Of a stretch of DNA of 64,000 bases, positions 1 to 48,935 are shown one piece after another. Source of the stretch: Chrysomallon squamiferum. Lineage: Eukaryota > Animalia > Mollusca. The stretch's first letter is position 1, and every line of letters begins with the position of its first letter. Below the pieces are notes generated by a model. It was not told where the DNA came from. It ran no database searches and saw only the letters and a program-made list of their open reading frames with translations. The translations under genes and the position numbers were made by a program. The DNA is taken from assembly GCA_012295275.1 (NCBI GenBank), contig CM022671.1, forward strand, positions 4,154,001-4,218,000, written 5' to 3'.

Positions 1-862
1 TGGAACGTAGTTTAGACGATCCATCAAACTGTTCTGTTCATTTTTTAGCCCTTACCTAAAATGTTTGCACCGCAGTAAAAGTGAGAAAATAATAATAATA
101 ATAACGAAACTTACGAAAAGATTGTCCACATTAAAAATAGTCTGTCACAGTGTGGTAATTAGAATGATAAAAGTGAATTCCACTTTAAAATAATAAGAGG
201 CAATTTTATTTTATTATTCATTCATTCATTGAATTTACTTTTCATTTTATTTTCATTTTTAAAAATGAAATAATTTAGTCAATAATAAATATTTTGTCGT
301 TTGAAAAATCTCGTGTAATATCCGTAAAAAATAATGAAATAATTTTTAATTTAATCACATTTTTATTTCTAAACAAAAATTCAAACAGTTAAAAAAAAAA
401 AAAATAATAATAATAAATATAATAATAAAGAAAAAGAAAGACAGAAAATAGGTTTTTGAAAATACTAACAAAGATAAATATCGGCCACCAGAACTATCCT
501 AGCTCAGTTACCAGTTACAAAAAGTGAGAATACATATCACTTTGTAAGTAAAATTCATACGTCTGTCATTGGTCACTGTAATCAACGTCGTTGCTGAGCC
601 CAACAAAGTTTGCACGAACCCTTAGTGGCAAAGGTCATGGCTTCAGGATAGCCTGATAACAACTCCTCTGCAGACTGAAAAATAGTTCTCGGCATTAAGT
701 AACACATTTATGGTTCGATTTCTTCTTAAATATTAAACTTTAAAAGTTCACTCTCTGCTAACCGTTGAACTAAAATGCTGAAGTAATATACTTTGAAAAA
801 AGCGCTTTACGAAATGCATATTGTCACACTCTAGAAGGGCGCACTAATCGCGTCCAGTTTGT

Positions 863-872
863 TTGACGTCAA
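863..872. promoter_or_regulatory. Full palindromic cAMP-response element (TTGACGTCAA) near the PRKAR2 5' end
   Basis: TGACGTCA at 864-871 in a CpG-retaining patch about 170 nt upstream of the ATG; inverted CCAAT (ATTGG) at 568-572. TSS unknown. Confidence 0.55.
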
Positions 873-1042
873 GTTTAGTGTAACCTTGGTGTGATTATGC
901 ATGAATGCTAAAAGCGTGCTTCTTTACCATGTAGTCTAATCATGTCGATAGTGTGAATTAAATGATGGATTTTGTATTTATCTACATGTTGTGGATATCA
1001 TCTTCTCCATATAATTAGTCAGGTTTGCTGGATGTGTTCACC

Positions 1043-35376
<34,334 letters not shown>

Positions 35377-36609
35377 AAGAGCTGACCAGTGTCCATCCAT
35401 CCTTGTGCCCCGCTCACCGTGAAGGAAGAAACAGGAAGACCTATACCTCAACCAAGAGAAATTATTTCACGCCTCTGTTAACCGAAGTGGCACCAGAAAG
35501 TTTAAACTCTACATTCTTCCATTTATCCTATGGAAGTCAAGATGTTTATGTCTGTTCTTTGTTTCCATGGTTTTCTGTTGCTTGGTGACCATAGCACAAT
35601 TTTTTTTTTTTTTTTTTTAATAGACAAAACCACATCTGCATAATGATATTCAGAACAAAAGAAAACTATTTTTCTTTTCTGTTTCTATTTTATTTTATTT
35701 TTTTAAATAAAAGTTTTTAACGAGATATTCTTTTTTCTCTCCCCTCTTGAGGTAATGTTCTTTTTTTTTTTTGCCTGTTGTTGTTGATGTTGTTGTTTGT
35801 TGGGGTTAAAGAATATTTTTATATTTATACATTTCCTTTCTGTAGTATATTTAAAAAGTTTTGTGTAGTTCATGTTATTGATTATTAATCTTACCAAAGT
35901 TAGTCATAAATTAAAATATCCCAAGTTAAAAATGCTTAATTTGTCCAAGACATTTTGAACAATTATTTATGACTTGTGAATTTTTCTTGTTTTTTTTTTG
36001 TTTTTTCGTTTTATGCATAATATCAGTTGTCATTAAATTTCAAAATGTTTTTGTGATCATTTTGTTTTGTGCACATTATTTGTTTATTTATTTAATACTT
36101 TTTTTTTTTTTTTTTTTTGTGAAAAGAAATCATAACATTATTCATCAGTATTAAATTATTTTGTTTTGTGTGTGGAAGTGTATTTTAAAAATACATTCAA
36201 AAAATTATAATCATCATCATTGGACTATTTCTGTCATTTCCCTAGTTTCAGTATCTGTACCGTAACTTCAGCTTTCAAGCTTTTTTAACTCATACAGCTT
36301 CAATTAGCCATTGTAACAAATTCAAAACAACATAATACACATTTGTTTCAGCAAGGCAAAATAACACAGTTAGTTTCTGATCAGTGATAAAATAAAAGCA
36401 GTTTCAGTTTTTTTGTCAATCCAGAATACATACTGGAAATATTTTAATGTAATCATTAAAACAACAAATGATGTGTTAATTTATGATCATTACCAAAAAA
36501 TATTTACTCTGTGTTTTTGTACACTTTATGTATTTTTACCAAAACAGGACTGCTGAAGTTTCTGGTCTCTTCCCAACAGAATACAGATCATTTTCTTTTA
36601 TTCTGTTCT

Positions 36610-36917
36610 TTGTCAAAATAACAGTTTTTGGTAATTACTAAAATGATAGTTTTTTGTTCTTTATCAGAGTAGTACAATTTTTAGTCCATGCCAGAATATA
36701 CAAAATAAGTTTTTGGTCATTGTCAAAATTATACAGTTTTTGGTCATGGTCATATTAATACAGTGTTTGTTCAGTATCAAAAGTGTTACAGGTTATTGTC
36801 TAAATAATACAGTTTTTGATCACTGTCTAAATAATACAGTTTTTGGTCATTGTCAAAAGTATACAGTTCTAGATCATTGTCTAAATAATACAGTTTTTTT
36901 GTCACTGTCTAAATAAT
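36610..36917. repeat. 27-bp minisatellite downstream of the PRKAR2 stop (probably 3' UTR)
   Basis: Unit TTGTCTAAATAATACAGTTTTTGGTCA; explains the spurious HCLNNTVF ORF. Confidence 0.8.
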
Positions 36918-39900
36918 TCATTTTATCGTCTTTGTGTTTGATTTTTGCCCAAATACATGCACATTTGTGTTTGTTCATTGCTGAGGTAACTTGCATTAAA
37001 TTACGTTTTTGTTTGATTTCTCAGTTCCAAACAATTTACATTTCATTATTCGATCACTGTTAAATAACAAGTTAGTTTTTGGTCATTGCTGAAATATGTG
37101 TTAGATTTTGCTTGTTAAATTTTTTGTAATTACCTGAATCAGAAACAGATTAGTTGTGTTTGCCAAAGTAAACCTATTTATAAAAATATTGGCATTAATT
37201 ACCTCATGGGTTTACATAATGGTTTCAGGATATAGTAAAATTTATGGCCAATCTTTCTTTATCAGAATTGCTTAAGAGCCATTACCTGAGATATTTTTCA
37301 TGACATCATTAAGAATTCTTTAATACATTACATTCGTTAAAAATACTTGTTTTAATCAGTTGTTATGGTAATTGAGCCTTTGTTTTTTTTCCAGTTAAGT
37401 TTCTAAAAGAGAGAGGATTATGTTGGCTAATATTGCAGAGTTTTCACAGTCTCTTCAGTATTACTGTATTAGATCTAGTCTGAAATTCCACCCAACTATT
37501 CTTACATATATAATGATACCTGTTTAAAAGCTATTATCTTTTTCTTGTATTTTATTTTGTTTGTGTATTTGAAATAGTATTTTAAAATGTAACATTCATA
37601 ATAATCACATCACCCAAACAAAAGGAAAACCATGTTGTTAGAAAAGATTTGATCGTTTTTGTTCGAAGTTAGTTTTTTAAAAATAAATAATAATTAATCC
37701 ATCACCACAAGATTTGTAAAACATTTTTTGTGAATATTGTTTTTATAAACTGTTGCAACGTTCAATTTTTCAAATATAATTAAAGTGTACCTGCAGTAAT
37801 ATTAGCAAACTGCTGAAATATACTTTGTATACATCTTGGATTTTATTTTAACCGTTCGTTGGAGATTAATCTTTGCTAACTGATAAAGTTTGAAAATTAT
37901 AAAACTACTCCATAGACTGCCAGTTTTATCTTTCATTGTGATAAACTTTAAAGAGATGGCAAATGTTCTTTATTTAATTAACTAGCATTTTATCAGAAAT
38001 TAAATAAGTAAGTTGATGGTTTTATGCTGAGCATCTTTAACATTCAGACAAGCACAGGTACACTTTGAATATTAAGATTTTTCGTGTATAATATTGTAAA
38101 AATAAAATATTGTTGTAACAGCATGTGATGATGGTTGGTGGCTGCTGTTGGTTTCTTTTCCAGAACAGTTTTTTTTAAAAAGAAAAAAAAAATCATTGTA
38201 TTCAACTTTATATAATCAGTATTGAAGTTGCTCAAAGTTGTTACATTTTTGCGCTGCTGAAATTTTTTCATAATTTCTTTTTTTTTTCCTTAATTTTTAT
38301 TCTTCAATATTAATAGACTTGTTGCTTGGGTGTTCACTTTTGACTTAATCTGGTTAACTTTGGAAAGAATCTCAAATAGTAGTGTGATTTCAGGGAGATT
38401 TTTGTTGATAATTCATTCATTTTGATTCATTGTTTTCAATTTACTGTTTTTTGTCCACTATATTTAATTTTATTTAGCTTATTTACTTAGTGATTTGTAT
38501 ATTACATATTTTATTTATTTTACGATTTGTTTTTGTTTGTTAATAATAAATTTGTATGAAATAACCACCATGTTTTGTAAAAAAAAAAATTTTTAAACAT
38601 TTAAATATTTTCATTGAAGATTAACAAATGAATTTTTTTGTAATATATTTTGTTTTAATTAACTTGTAATTGTATTTTGAAGAAAACAAATTGAAAAAAA
38701 AAAAGTCACAATTGTCTGTGTAATTTACTTTTTGTTCAGTTTAAATTTAAAAAAATAAATAAGTAATTGAACTACTGGTTTTTGTTTTGTTTCATTTGAA
38801 AAAGAGAAACTCACTTATTTAATCACCAAATAAATAAATAAATAAAAAAAAAAAAAAAACTTGCCCAATCACTTGTGAAAGCAAATAAAATGATGCAAAT
38901 TTATTTATATATATTTTTTATTGAGTTTTTTTTTACCACTTCTAAACAGTGAATGTAATATTGAAAAACCCAAATATTTTTAATGCTTGTACTAAATGAC
39001 ATTCTGATACATTTACATTATTCTATAACTGCAGGGAAAATATACCAAGGTTAACAGTCCTTTTTAAAACTGTTATTTTATTATATATTTATTTATTTAT
39101 TGTTGTTGTTTATTCATATAAATAAATTCACGTACAAATATTGAAATTGTTAAATTTAGAAAAGTCATGAATATTTCTACAGAATTATTCGTTTTCAAAA
39201 TTTGTTCACTAGATTTTAATATATTATTTTGTTTTCAATAAAATAAAAAGATACTTTCAGCAAAAAACTTTACATTTAAAAAATAAACAAACCATTAAAT
39301 CTTCCGTTTTAAATGTTAAAAAAAAGTAAAATAAAGTTAGTTTAATTTTTTCAATGCACATTTTTATTTAAATATGTTGTTTTCCAATTAATTATAATGC
39401 AAGCTAATTTATTCTCCAGAGACAGTGAATTTTAATTACAATGATGATGATTATTAAATTTCTTTTTCATTTTTCATCATTAGAATTTATATTCAGTAAA
39501 ATAAACATTAACAAGGGAGGTAATTCAAGAATAGAAATCAAATGAAGAATGATGTAAAGGTTTTGAAATATGCTTTTATTTTAAAAATATTTTATAAATA
39601 AAAAAAATAATTCCTGGGAAGTAAAATACTTCAGTTTAGCATACAGTCCGTTGCTGAACCAAAAACTTCAGACATTTTACCTAACAATTTTTAAAACAAT
39701 GTTCTTCTTCCTGTGGAAAATGGAGCAAAATAATAAAATAAAATAAAAAAATAAATTTGAAACCACAAGGATTCAGAAGGATGACTCAGCAAGTCTTTGT
39801 GAACCAAAATCACAGATAATTGCTGATGTTTTTTTATATATTATTATCACATATATAACTTTAATTAAAACAAATAGAAAAGGACGTTTAATGTTACTTC

Positions 39901-40128
39901 TCATTTCCATTTTTAACACTGAAACAAACTACATATACACAAAGCAATATTTTATTCGACTAAAAACTGCATCCATGTTAAGTTAAAAAAACCCAAAACA
40001 AACAAACATCATTAAATACATCGGAACAATAACAACTCATAAAAAAATATATATTGTTGTATTTATGTATACATTTTAGCTTAATGAAAAATAATTTAGC
40101 TTTACAAAATTATCATTAATTATGTACA

Positions 40129-40159
<31 letters not shown>

Positions 40160-42208
40160 CTGATGTAAATGGCATTGCAGATGCAAATTTCTAAGTAACA
40201 ATCTAATTTGAAAACTTCAGTTTTTTGGAAAAAATTATTTATCAAAAATATGAAACAAAATATAATATGTGGAGTAATTATTTAAAAAAAATATGTATTA
40301 AAAAAATTATAATATTACATGTAAAAATAATTTTTAAAATATCTACAGTATTTTTATCACATGCCAGTGATATTTGTTTCCATTCATGCCATGCACACCT
40401 ACACCAAAACTTTAAAAAGAAAAGAAAAAAACAATTCTGCAAAGTGAATTTTCAATCTCATCTTAATTTAATTACTTTTCAGTTTCATTTCTCTAAATTT
40501 AGTCAGTAACTAAAGTGATAATCTGATCATTGTTTGATTTATTTTTAATTTCCTTACCAATAACTTATATTCTGATATAACAAAAAAAATAATAAAAAAT
40601 AATAATAATAATAATAATAATGTTCAACACTGGTATAGGGGAAAGTTCCCATCAGGATTTATCTCCCTTTATTTAACCTCAGTTATCAAATTGAAACAGG
40701 TTTACATTGAATCTTTGTAATTAGTAAGTGTATTTTACTTCTAACATCCTGGTTTTACTTTAAAAATCTAACTAAACACAATTTTTACTTTATTTATTTA
40801 TTTGCTTTATTTTAATTTATTTATTGTTGATTTTTTTCACATCAACTACATATACACATATTCTGACATCCACAATGTAGTTTTTTCTTTTTTAAATGAT
40901 TAATTATTATTTATTATATACATTCCAAATACTAATTTCATTTTGTTACAGAAACCAAACTGAATTTGTTTTATTTTTATTTTTAATTACCTTATATACT
41001 AGGATTCTACATTTTACTCAAGATGGTTTTTTTTTTGGTTTTTTTAAATATTCATTTTAACAATGAATTATATACTATTTTTATTACTAGGTCTTTAAAA
41101 CACACTTTCTATCTTGCTACTGAAGTCAAGATCTATTAATAACTCTCTCTACTTTAAAATACTGACCAACCAACCATAAAAATATTTATATTGAAATCAC
41201 TACAGTTCAGAAATGAAAACATTCTTTTCTTTTCTGTTTTCTACATTCTAGTGAAGAAATCAAGTGTGCAGGTGTATAAAAATATATAACTTTCTCACAA
41301 ATGAGATGTATGTATTTCTATATGCATACACTAAACAGTGCAATAAAAATTATACTCAAAAGGCAATGTCAGTTTTTGCTATATATGTGAAATGAAAAAA
41401 ACCATCTTATTAGCAATAATTTCTTGAATTTAACTAAAAAAACTTTCTCTGGTAAGCAGTAATATCTTGAATTTAACAAAATAAATGATCTCTTTTAAGA
41501 AATAATATTTCTAACTTAATTAAATATATTTTCTCTTTTAAGAAGTAATATATCTAATTTAATTAAATATATTTTCTCTTTTAAGTAGTAACTAAGATTC
41601 TTGAAAGCAAGAATTTCTTTTATTTTACTAAATAAACTATTTCATAAACTGCACAGCTTGTGTAAAAGCCTATGACAAAGCAGCAGTGGAGAATTAGCTG
41701 GGATTAGAAACAGTCTTAAAGCTGTTTTTTTGTCATCTGACAAAATGATAAAGGTTTTAAAACGTGCTTACCAAGCCTCTGAAATACATCACTAAAACGT
41801 TTAGCATATCTGACTAAAGCACTGTACTGGTTAATTTCAACATACGTAGACAACGAGAAAAATATTTTAAAAAAATATATTAAAAAAAATATGTCTCTAT
41901 AGTTTGATATGACATAAGATTATTGTACAATTCTTTAGCATCAACATGATTTCCACATGCATGAAATCTATCACACAGTACTTTTTGCAAAGGAATGTGT
42001 TTCAAATGTAACAAAGAAACAGATTAATAAAATAACTTGGTCCTTCTTAACCCTTCAAAGCTGCTTGGGTAGTTAGTGGAATGTTCGAATGTGTAGTTAA
42101 AAAATCAACAAAAATATTTACAGTATTAGCGCGGCATAGATCTGAAAATCACAGAACAGGGAAACTTGACCAGAATGAAAGTTACTTATGATAAAAAAAA
42201 AATGAACA

Positions 42209-42270
<62 letters not shown>

Positions 42271-42425
42271 TAATAATAATAATAACAATAATAATAATAA
42301 TAATAATATTATAAATAATATTGATAAGGATACTAATACTAGTACTACTACTACTACAATAATAATATAACAATAATAACAGTAATAACAGTGATAAAGA
42401 TACTACTACCACTACTACATACTAC

Positions 42426-42460
<35 letters not shown>

Positions 42461-42530
42461 TAATAATAATAATAATTATAATAATAATAACAACAACAAC
42501 AACAACAATAATAATAGTAACAACAACAAG
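42209..42530. repeat. (TAA)n/(CAA)n/(CTA)n compound trinucleotide microsatellite
   Basis: Seen directly; other (TAA)n tracts at about 7166-7210, 7938-7988, 50957-51027, 59178-59226 and 63445-63496. Confidence 0.95.
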
Positions 42531-45114
42531 AAACAAACCATTATCTGAATCAAAATCCATCAAAACTTATAAATAAAGTTTTAAATAAAGTATCATTTGC
42601 ATATATACATATGATAACTTAATACGTAGATGGCAAACATTTTTTTTATGTTCATGGTTTTTTAACTGCATATGGTGTGTGGGCATGTGTGTGTGTGTTT
42701 GTGTGTGTGTGTTGTCTGTCTCAATGTGTTTGCTGTTGAACTATTATTTTGACTGTAGAGCTATGCCATTGATTTTTCTACATTTTACAGAAAATATTTT
42801 TGCACTGATCCTAAAAATTGGGTAAACAAAATTAATTCTCAAATATGATACTTGCAAATGGATTGTCAACATATAATTTAAAAAGAATACAGAAAAAAAC
42901 CCACCAGAGAAAAAGAGTAAAAAAAAAACCAGAAAGAAGACAACATTTGTATGCATCTATTAAGAGCATATGCTAAAACTGAGATAAATTACAACTTTTA
43001 TCTGCTAGATACAAAAGATATGATATAACGTGTCAAACATAACTGATAGGAAATTATGTTTGAACATAACAGATATAAAATTCTGTCAAATTTAATAGAT
43101 ATAAAATTATCAGTTTTAACTATAAAAGTAAAAGTAAATGTTCTTAAGGGCTTAGTTACAGTGAAATTTTTACCCTGAACTGCTAATGACAGATTAAACA
43201 ACTATTTTATTTATTTACTTAGTGTATATTTGTTATTAAGTAAGAAAAATCTATATAATAAATATTCTACTTCATGGTTAAGTTTTATCAGCAGAAATTA
43301 ATCTTAAAAAACTACTATATACAAAGTAAATCTGAATATAAGGTAGTATTTTGTTATAGTTTAAATACATACACATTGCATATATATATATATATATATA
43401 TGTATGTGAAAACCCACACACTTAGGCAAGACTTGGAAAACTTGCTTATTTGTCTTCTAAATTCAGTTTATGATACAAAAAATAATCTGTTATACATATT
43501 AGAGTATTTGTCATGGATTAAAATGTCAACATTTTAGAAATTTCACATTATATTACATACAGCATGACAGCAGATATAACTGATATATAAATGATATATA
43601 ATGATGATATTGCATAGCCTTGGTAATTTGTGTATCTATACAAGAGAACAGTAATCACATTATGTATCACTATTTTATGAAACATCAAATAAGTTATAAA
43701 TATACATTCACATTCCAAAGATACTTTTTACCACTGACTGGAACTACTGAAGAAAAAAAAAAAAAAAAAAAAAAAAAATATTTGATAAATTTTACTCATT
43801 TTTCTGTAAAGTTTTATTCCTGGAAAACAATTGACTAACATTTAAAAAAACATTTCAGAACTTATAATAAAATTTTCTTATTTGAAAATGATTAATTCAT
43901 ATTCTAATTTTTTAATTTTATGAAAATAAATTAATCCAGATTCTTGAAATATTACTCCTAAAAATAATTAATTCAATTTCCCAATTTTTTACTGCTTAAT
44001 TCATTTTCTGAAAATTTTTCTGACAAAAATTAATTAATTTTGTTTCCAAAGATTTTACTCATTAAAAATAATTTAAATCAAAAAATCATTCTAAATATGT
44101 TTACTACTTCTACATTGTTGTGAGTATTCAGAAGCCTTTTGAGTTTTGTTTGGAATGAAGACAGGCAAACCTGGAACTAGGGATATAAAATTATAAAACC
44201 TACTGATAAAAATAATGGGCACTATTTTAAATGCAAATACAAAAATATATATTTGTTATGATGATCAGGATAATCTAAATAATTTTATGATAAACTGACT
44301 ATAGTGCGATAATGTAGTAGAGAAATCACATATTTAGATATTGTAACAGTCAAAATATTTAAACTGGTATTATATTAATGATTAATTATAATGGTAAGCT
44401 GATATTGAATATTAAGCAGAATTTTGAGTTTTTAAATTTATTAGAATATGTAATAACTTCTTATCCTGGAATGTCAAATTATTTCATATAACACTTTAAT
44501 AATTATTAATTTTAAGAAATGAATAAAATGAAATTAAAATATCAAACAAATTTTAATCCTTCTAAAGTTATTAAAATACAAAATTTAATTAGACATTATA
44601 TTAAGAAATATTAAGGTAAAACTAATTTTTATTTTTATTTTTATTTTATTATTGTTTTTTTTATTTTTGAAAGGTTAATATCATAATTAAATACATAATG
44701 AAAATTTCTGTTCTTGCAGTATCAATATTTAATTAGGCATTGGTAATAACTGTTAATTTAAAGAAATGCTAAATAAATTAATATTATTATTATTACTATA
44801 ACTGTATTAGAATACGTATCTATATATAATGATAATTTCTGACCCTGTAATGTCAACACATTTAATCTGCCATTGTATTCATTTTTAAATTAAAGTAAGC
44901 TGACACTGAACTTTTTAACTGATTTCAGCAGAGAATTTAACGGCAGTCAAGATATAACAGTGACATCAGTTTTGATTTTCACAATCAGGTACTGTTGTTA
45001 GGTCAAGTTTTGACACTTGCAAGTTGACAACATGATTCTAAGTAGTGTAAAATGAAAATAACAAAAACAAACTAAACTTCTCTTCATAATACTGATGCTT
45101 GTTTCAGTAGCTTA

Positions 45115-45191
45115 TTAATGTGGATTTGTTTTCACCCAGCTTTGTGGCATGGGGCGTTCTCCACGAGGTTTTGCTAGTCGCTTTGGAAATC
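45115..45191 (-). CDS. PTPN12: PTP terminal exon, CTH (PSTPIP-binding) motif
   Basis: TTTCAG|(G)FPKRLAKPRGERPMPQSWVKTNPH then TAA TAA. Confidence 0.92.
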
Positions 45192-48100
45192 CTGAAATAG
45201 ATAATAAAAGTTTAAAAAAAACAAATAAACAGAAAAAAACTCCATAAAACTGATCTCAAATCCAGATTAAATGATATAAAAACAAACTGATCTCTCAACA
45301 GATGAAAAAACACCAAATAAACTGAGTTAAAAAATAGAGTTGAAATTGAACTTATATATGAACAAATTGAGACAAAAAGGTAAAAATTAAACAAAAAAAA
45401 CCCTGATAAAACAAGTTGAAATCAAAGATACTGAGTTAAACATTAATAAAAGGTAGAATCATTAACTGAATTTAAAAAAATATATTAAACAGTTTAAAAA
45501 TAAATTATAAAATGAGATTAAAAAACAATGAGTAAATAAGGTGATTGAATTAAAATCTAATAAATGCATTTAATCGTAATAAAATGGAAATCTCTAAATA
45601 AAAAATAAAAAAATCTATTAATGAGACAAATTAAAAAACCAGAACAGTATTTTCAAAATCTAATTCAAGTGTGTTCTCACCTATATCAGAAGACTCAAAG
45701 CACTTCACATGGGACAAAGTACCTTTGTTCGAATAGGGAATATCTAAAAAGAGTTTAAAACTTTGATTAGATTTTAATTTTTAAAAAGATGATAAAAAAT
45801 AAAGAAAGAAAGAAAGAATGCGAGAGAGAATAAAATTAAAATTAAATAAATAAAAGAGAATAAAATTTTATCTAACAATATGTAATAAATAAATACAAAA
45901 TTAAAAAAAAAAAAAAAAAAAACTTTTAAATTTAAAAAAGTAAAATATAACCAGATTTTACTTTTTAGTTAAATACCACACATTTATTGAAAACATAAAA
46001 TGAATATTAAATAAAAAATAATAAAATAATATTGAAAAAAAAGAAGATAAATAAACAAAATTTTCTTACCTCTTGCACTCTAAAATTTGGAGAGAAAAAA
46101 AAGAAAAAGAAATTTTAGAGTAAACATTTTTTAACAAATTTATTTACAAATAAAACAAATTAATTTTGTAAATCAATACATTACTTACTAAATTAAAACA
46201 GTTACAACAGATAAATAATAAATAAAGAATTACCAATAATAAATATCTTAAGTAATACAAAACTAAATATAAATTTTTTTTTTGCCAGTTTAACATTCAT
46301 TTAAAAAAAAAAAGAATAAATAAATACATAAATAAAAAAAATAAATAAATAACAAAAATAATCAAATAAAATATCTAACAAAAAAAAGTTTAAATGAAGC
46401 AGCTAATCTAATGATTTAAAAAAAATCAAAAATAAAATAAAACTGGCTACCAGCTATCTCTCTCTTACACAAACACACTATTTATTAAACCCATCTCAAA
46501 AAATCTAAAATGAAAATGAAAAACTAAAAACTAAAAAAAGAGATATAAAAAGTAAAAGATACGTACCAACAATGTCTGGACAAAACCCTTTTTTGGACCA
46601 GACTGGATTGCGACGTTGTCATACTGAGATTTCCGTTCTGTTGGTGATGTTCGTCTTAAACTGCCAGAAAGACGATTGATCTTATCAAACAGAGGACGAT
46701 GGGAGGGAGCAGCATGGACTATATGTACATCAGATTTCTTATCACCATGACTACCTGGTGCTGAAGCCCCTGGATATCCACCATTGCTATGGATTTTCAC
46801 CCCTCCTGTTCCTTTTGTCTGACATTCATTAGAACTTATGACCTGAACTGGTTGACTTTTGACCTGGACTGGTTGACTTTTGACCTGTACTGGTTGACTT
46901 TTGACCTGTGTTGGCTGACCTCTGACACCAGCTGATTTTGCAGCCTGTACGTTCATTACCTGAACACCACTGGTAGGGAGGGGTGAACAAATTTCTGAAG
47001 GGATGTAAAAACAAATATATTTGTATTTTTAAGAAGAAGAAGAAGAAAAAGAAGAATAGAAACAGAAGAAGAAAATGAAAAAGAAGAACAGCAGTGATAA
47101 TAAATGAATGAATTGTACATGTATTCAAACTGAACAATTACCTAATATAAACCTGACATTTTCTTGCTGAGAAGGAATACATTTTTAATAATTTTAAGAG
47201 GTCAGTCATAAAACTATGTCAAATGGAAAAAGCCTTTTAGACAAATAACAATAATCAGTGATTATCAAAAATAAAAAATATATAAAAATATAAAACTAAA
47301 TAATGTTAATCATGGCAATAAAAAAAAATAAAAAATTGAAATGAATGAATATATATTTAATAAATCAAATAATTTTTACTTATTATGTTTTTCTGTAATA
47401 TGATGTCAAAAAAAAGAAAAGAAAAAAAGAAACTTGACACAAAAAAAGAAAGAAACTGAGATAAATGTAAACAGTAGATGGCTTATTTTTTTTACTGAAA
47501 TATTTATAATTTTTTCTTTTGAATACATTTTTGAATAACAAACCTTGTGGATTATATTTTCTGTCTGGTATAGCAGGGGCATCTCCTTCCTAAAATAAAT
47601 AAATAAATGAATAAAACAACAATAATAACAATAAAATAAATAAGCAAGTAGATAAATAATCATATACACACTCAAAGATACACATACCAACAAACAGGCA
47701 CATAAGAACGATACATTTTAATGGTTAGAACAAATATTATTAAATTTTGTTTTAATGCACACAAACACATACTCTCTGATAAACAGAATGTAAAACAGAA
47801 TGTAAACTGATTATATATTTATGTATGTATTATCTATACATACACACATGCCTTCTTTGTGTTGTGAAATTTTATTAAAATCATTTCTTCTTCTAACAGG
47901 ATCTGAATGGTGAGCAACCTTAATTTTGTATTTTATATATGAAAACTATGATCTAAAACACCAACCTCTAGGTTTGTAGCTGAAACTGGAGCAGCAGACT
48001 TCAAATTAGCTAAAACAATAATTTGAAAAATATTTCTAAAACATCATCATATATAAAATAACAAAAGTTACTTAATTTACTGAAATTTAAATATGAATGC

Positions 48101-48318
48101 AACACTAATGCAGTTCAGACTATACATGTACTATAATTATTTATATTTATTAAAAGTCATATTTACAATATATGCTATACAATTATATTAAAATTATATG
48201 TGTGTATTTTCAGTTAATGTAGTATCAATATAGTTGACTGTAACTGATATTTACAAAAGATACTGTACATTAAAAAGCATTCCATTATAAAATGATGTTG
48301 TAAAACAATTAATATATG

Positions 48319-48354
<36 letters not shown>

Positions 48355-48890
48355 GAAAGATGGTTAGTGCATCTAATATATATGGTTTGTATTACATTTT
48401 AGTATTTATTTATGTATTATGGGGGTTATTACTGAAAAGTGGTAAGTGTAATTTTTATTGTTTGGTATTTTCATCTTGTATTAACATTTATATCATTATA
48501 CATTAAAATATTTTTTTAAACATGGTAAAGATTCCAAGTTGTATGTTAGCAGGATAATGAATAAATAAGTTCATTTGTATAAATAGCTATTAGATGTCAA
48601 ATAAATTCTGTATTCTGAGGAGAAATCTGCTGCAGCTACTGCATAGGTTATTCTTTTTGATTAGCAGTAAGGAATCTTTTTTTATTCACTTTCCCATTAA
48701 CAACAAAACACACACCATGCCTTATGATAAATTAGATACAGATGGGAATAAATGCAATGGATGCACCAAGGAAATTTAATCCCACAATGCATATCATCTT
48801 GCCTAACTTTTTTCTACTGAATTAGTTAGATAATAATAAATTTATAACATATATACATACACACATTTACAAACACACACAAACATATGT

Positions 48891-48935
<45 letters not shown>

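Noticed and set aside
1-130. Minus-strand donor-like sites and a short MDRLNYVP frame at the window edge (possible divergent gene)
   Set aside because: Too little sequence to evaluate.
42182-42576. Poly-Ile/Val hydrophobic ORFs (and similar at 7042-7337, 54200-54548 and 63340-63543)
   Set aside because: Translations of (TAA)n repeats; only the 54275-54352 part is a real exon.
47142-47166. 25-nt minus-strand exon-like unit (QENVRFIL), phase 0 to 1
   Set aside because: Exon 14 (47544-47589) fills the same phase role with a more convincing peptide; no independent support.
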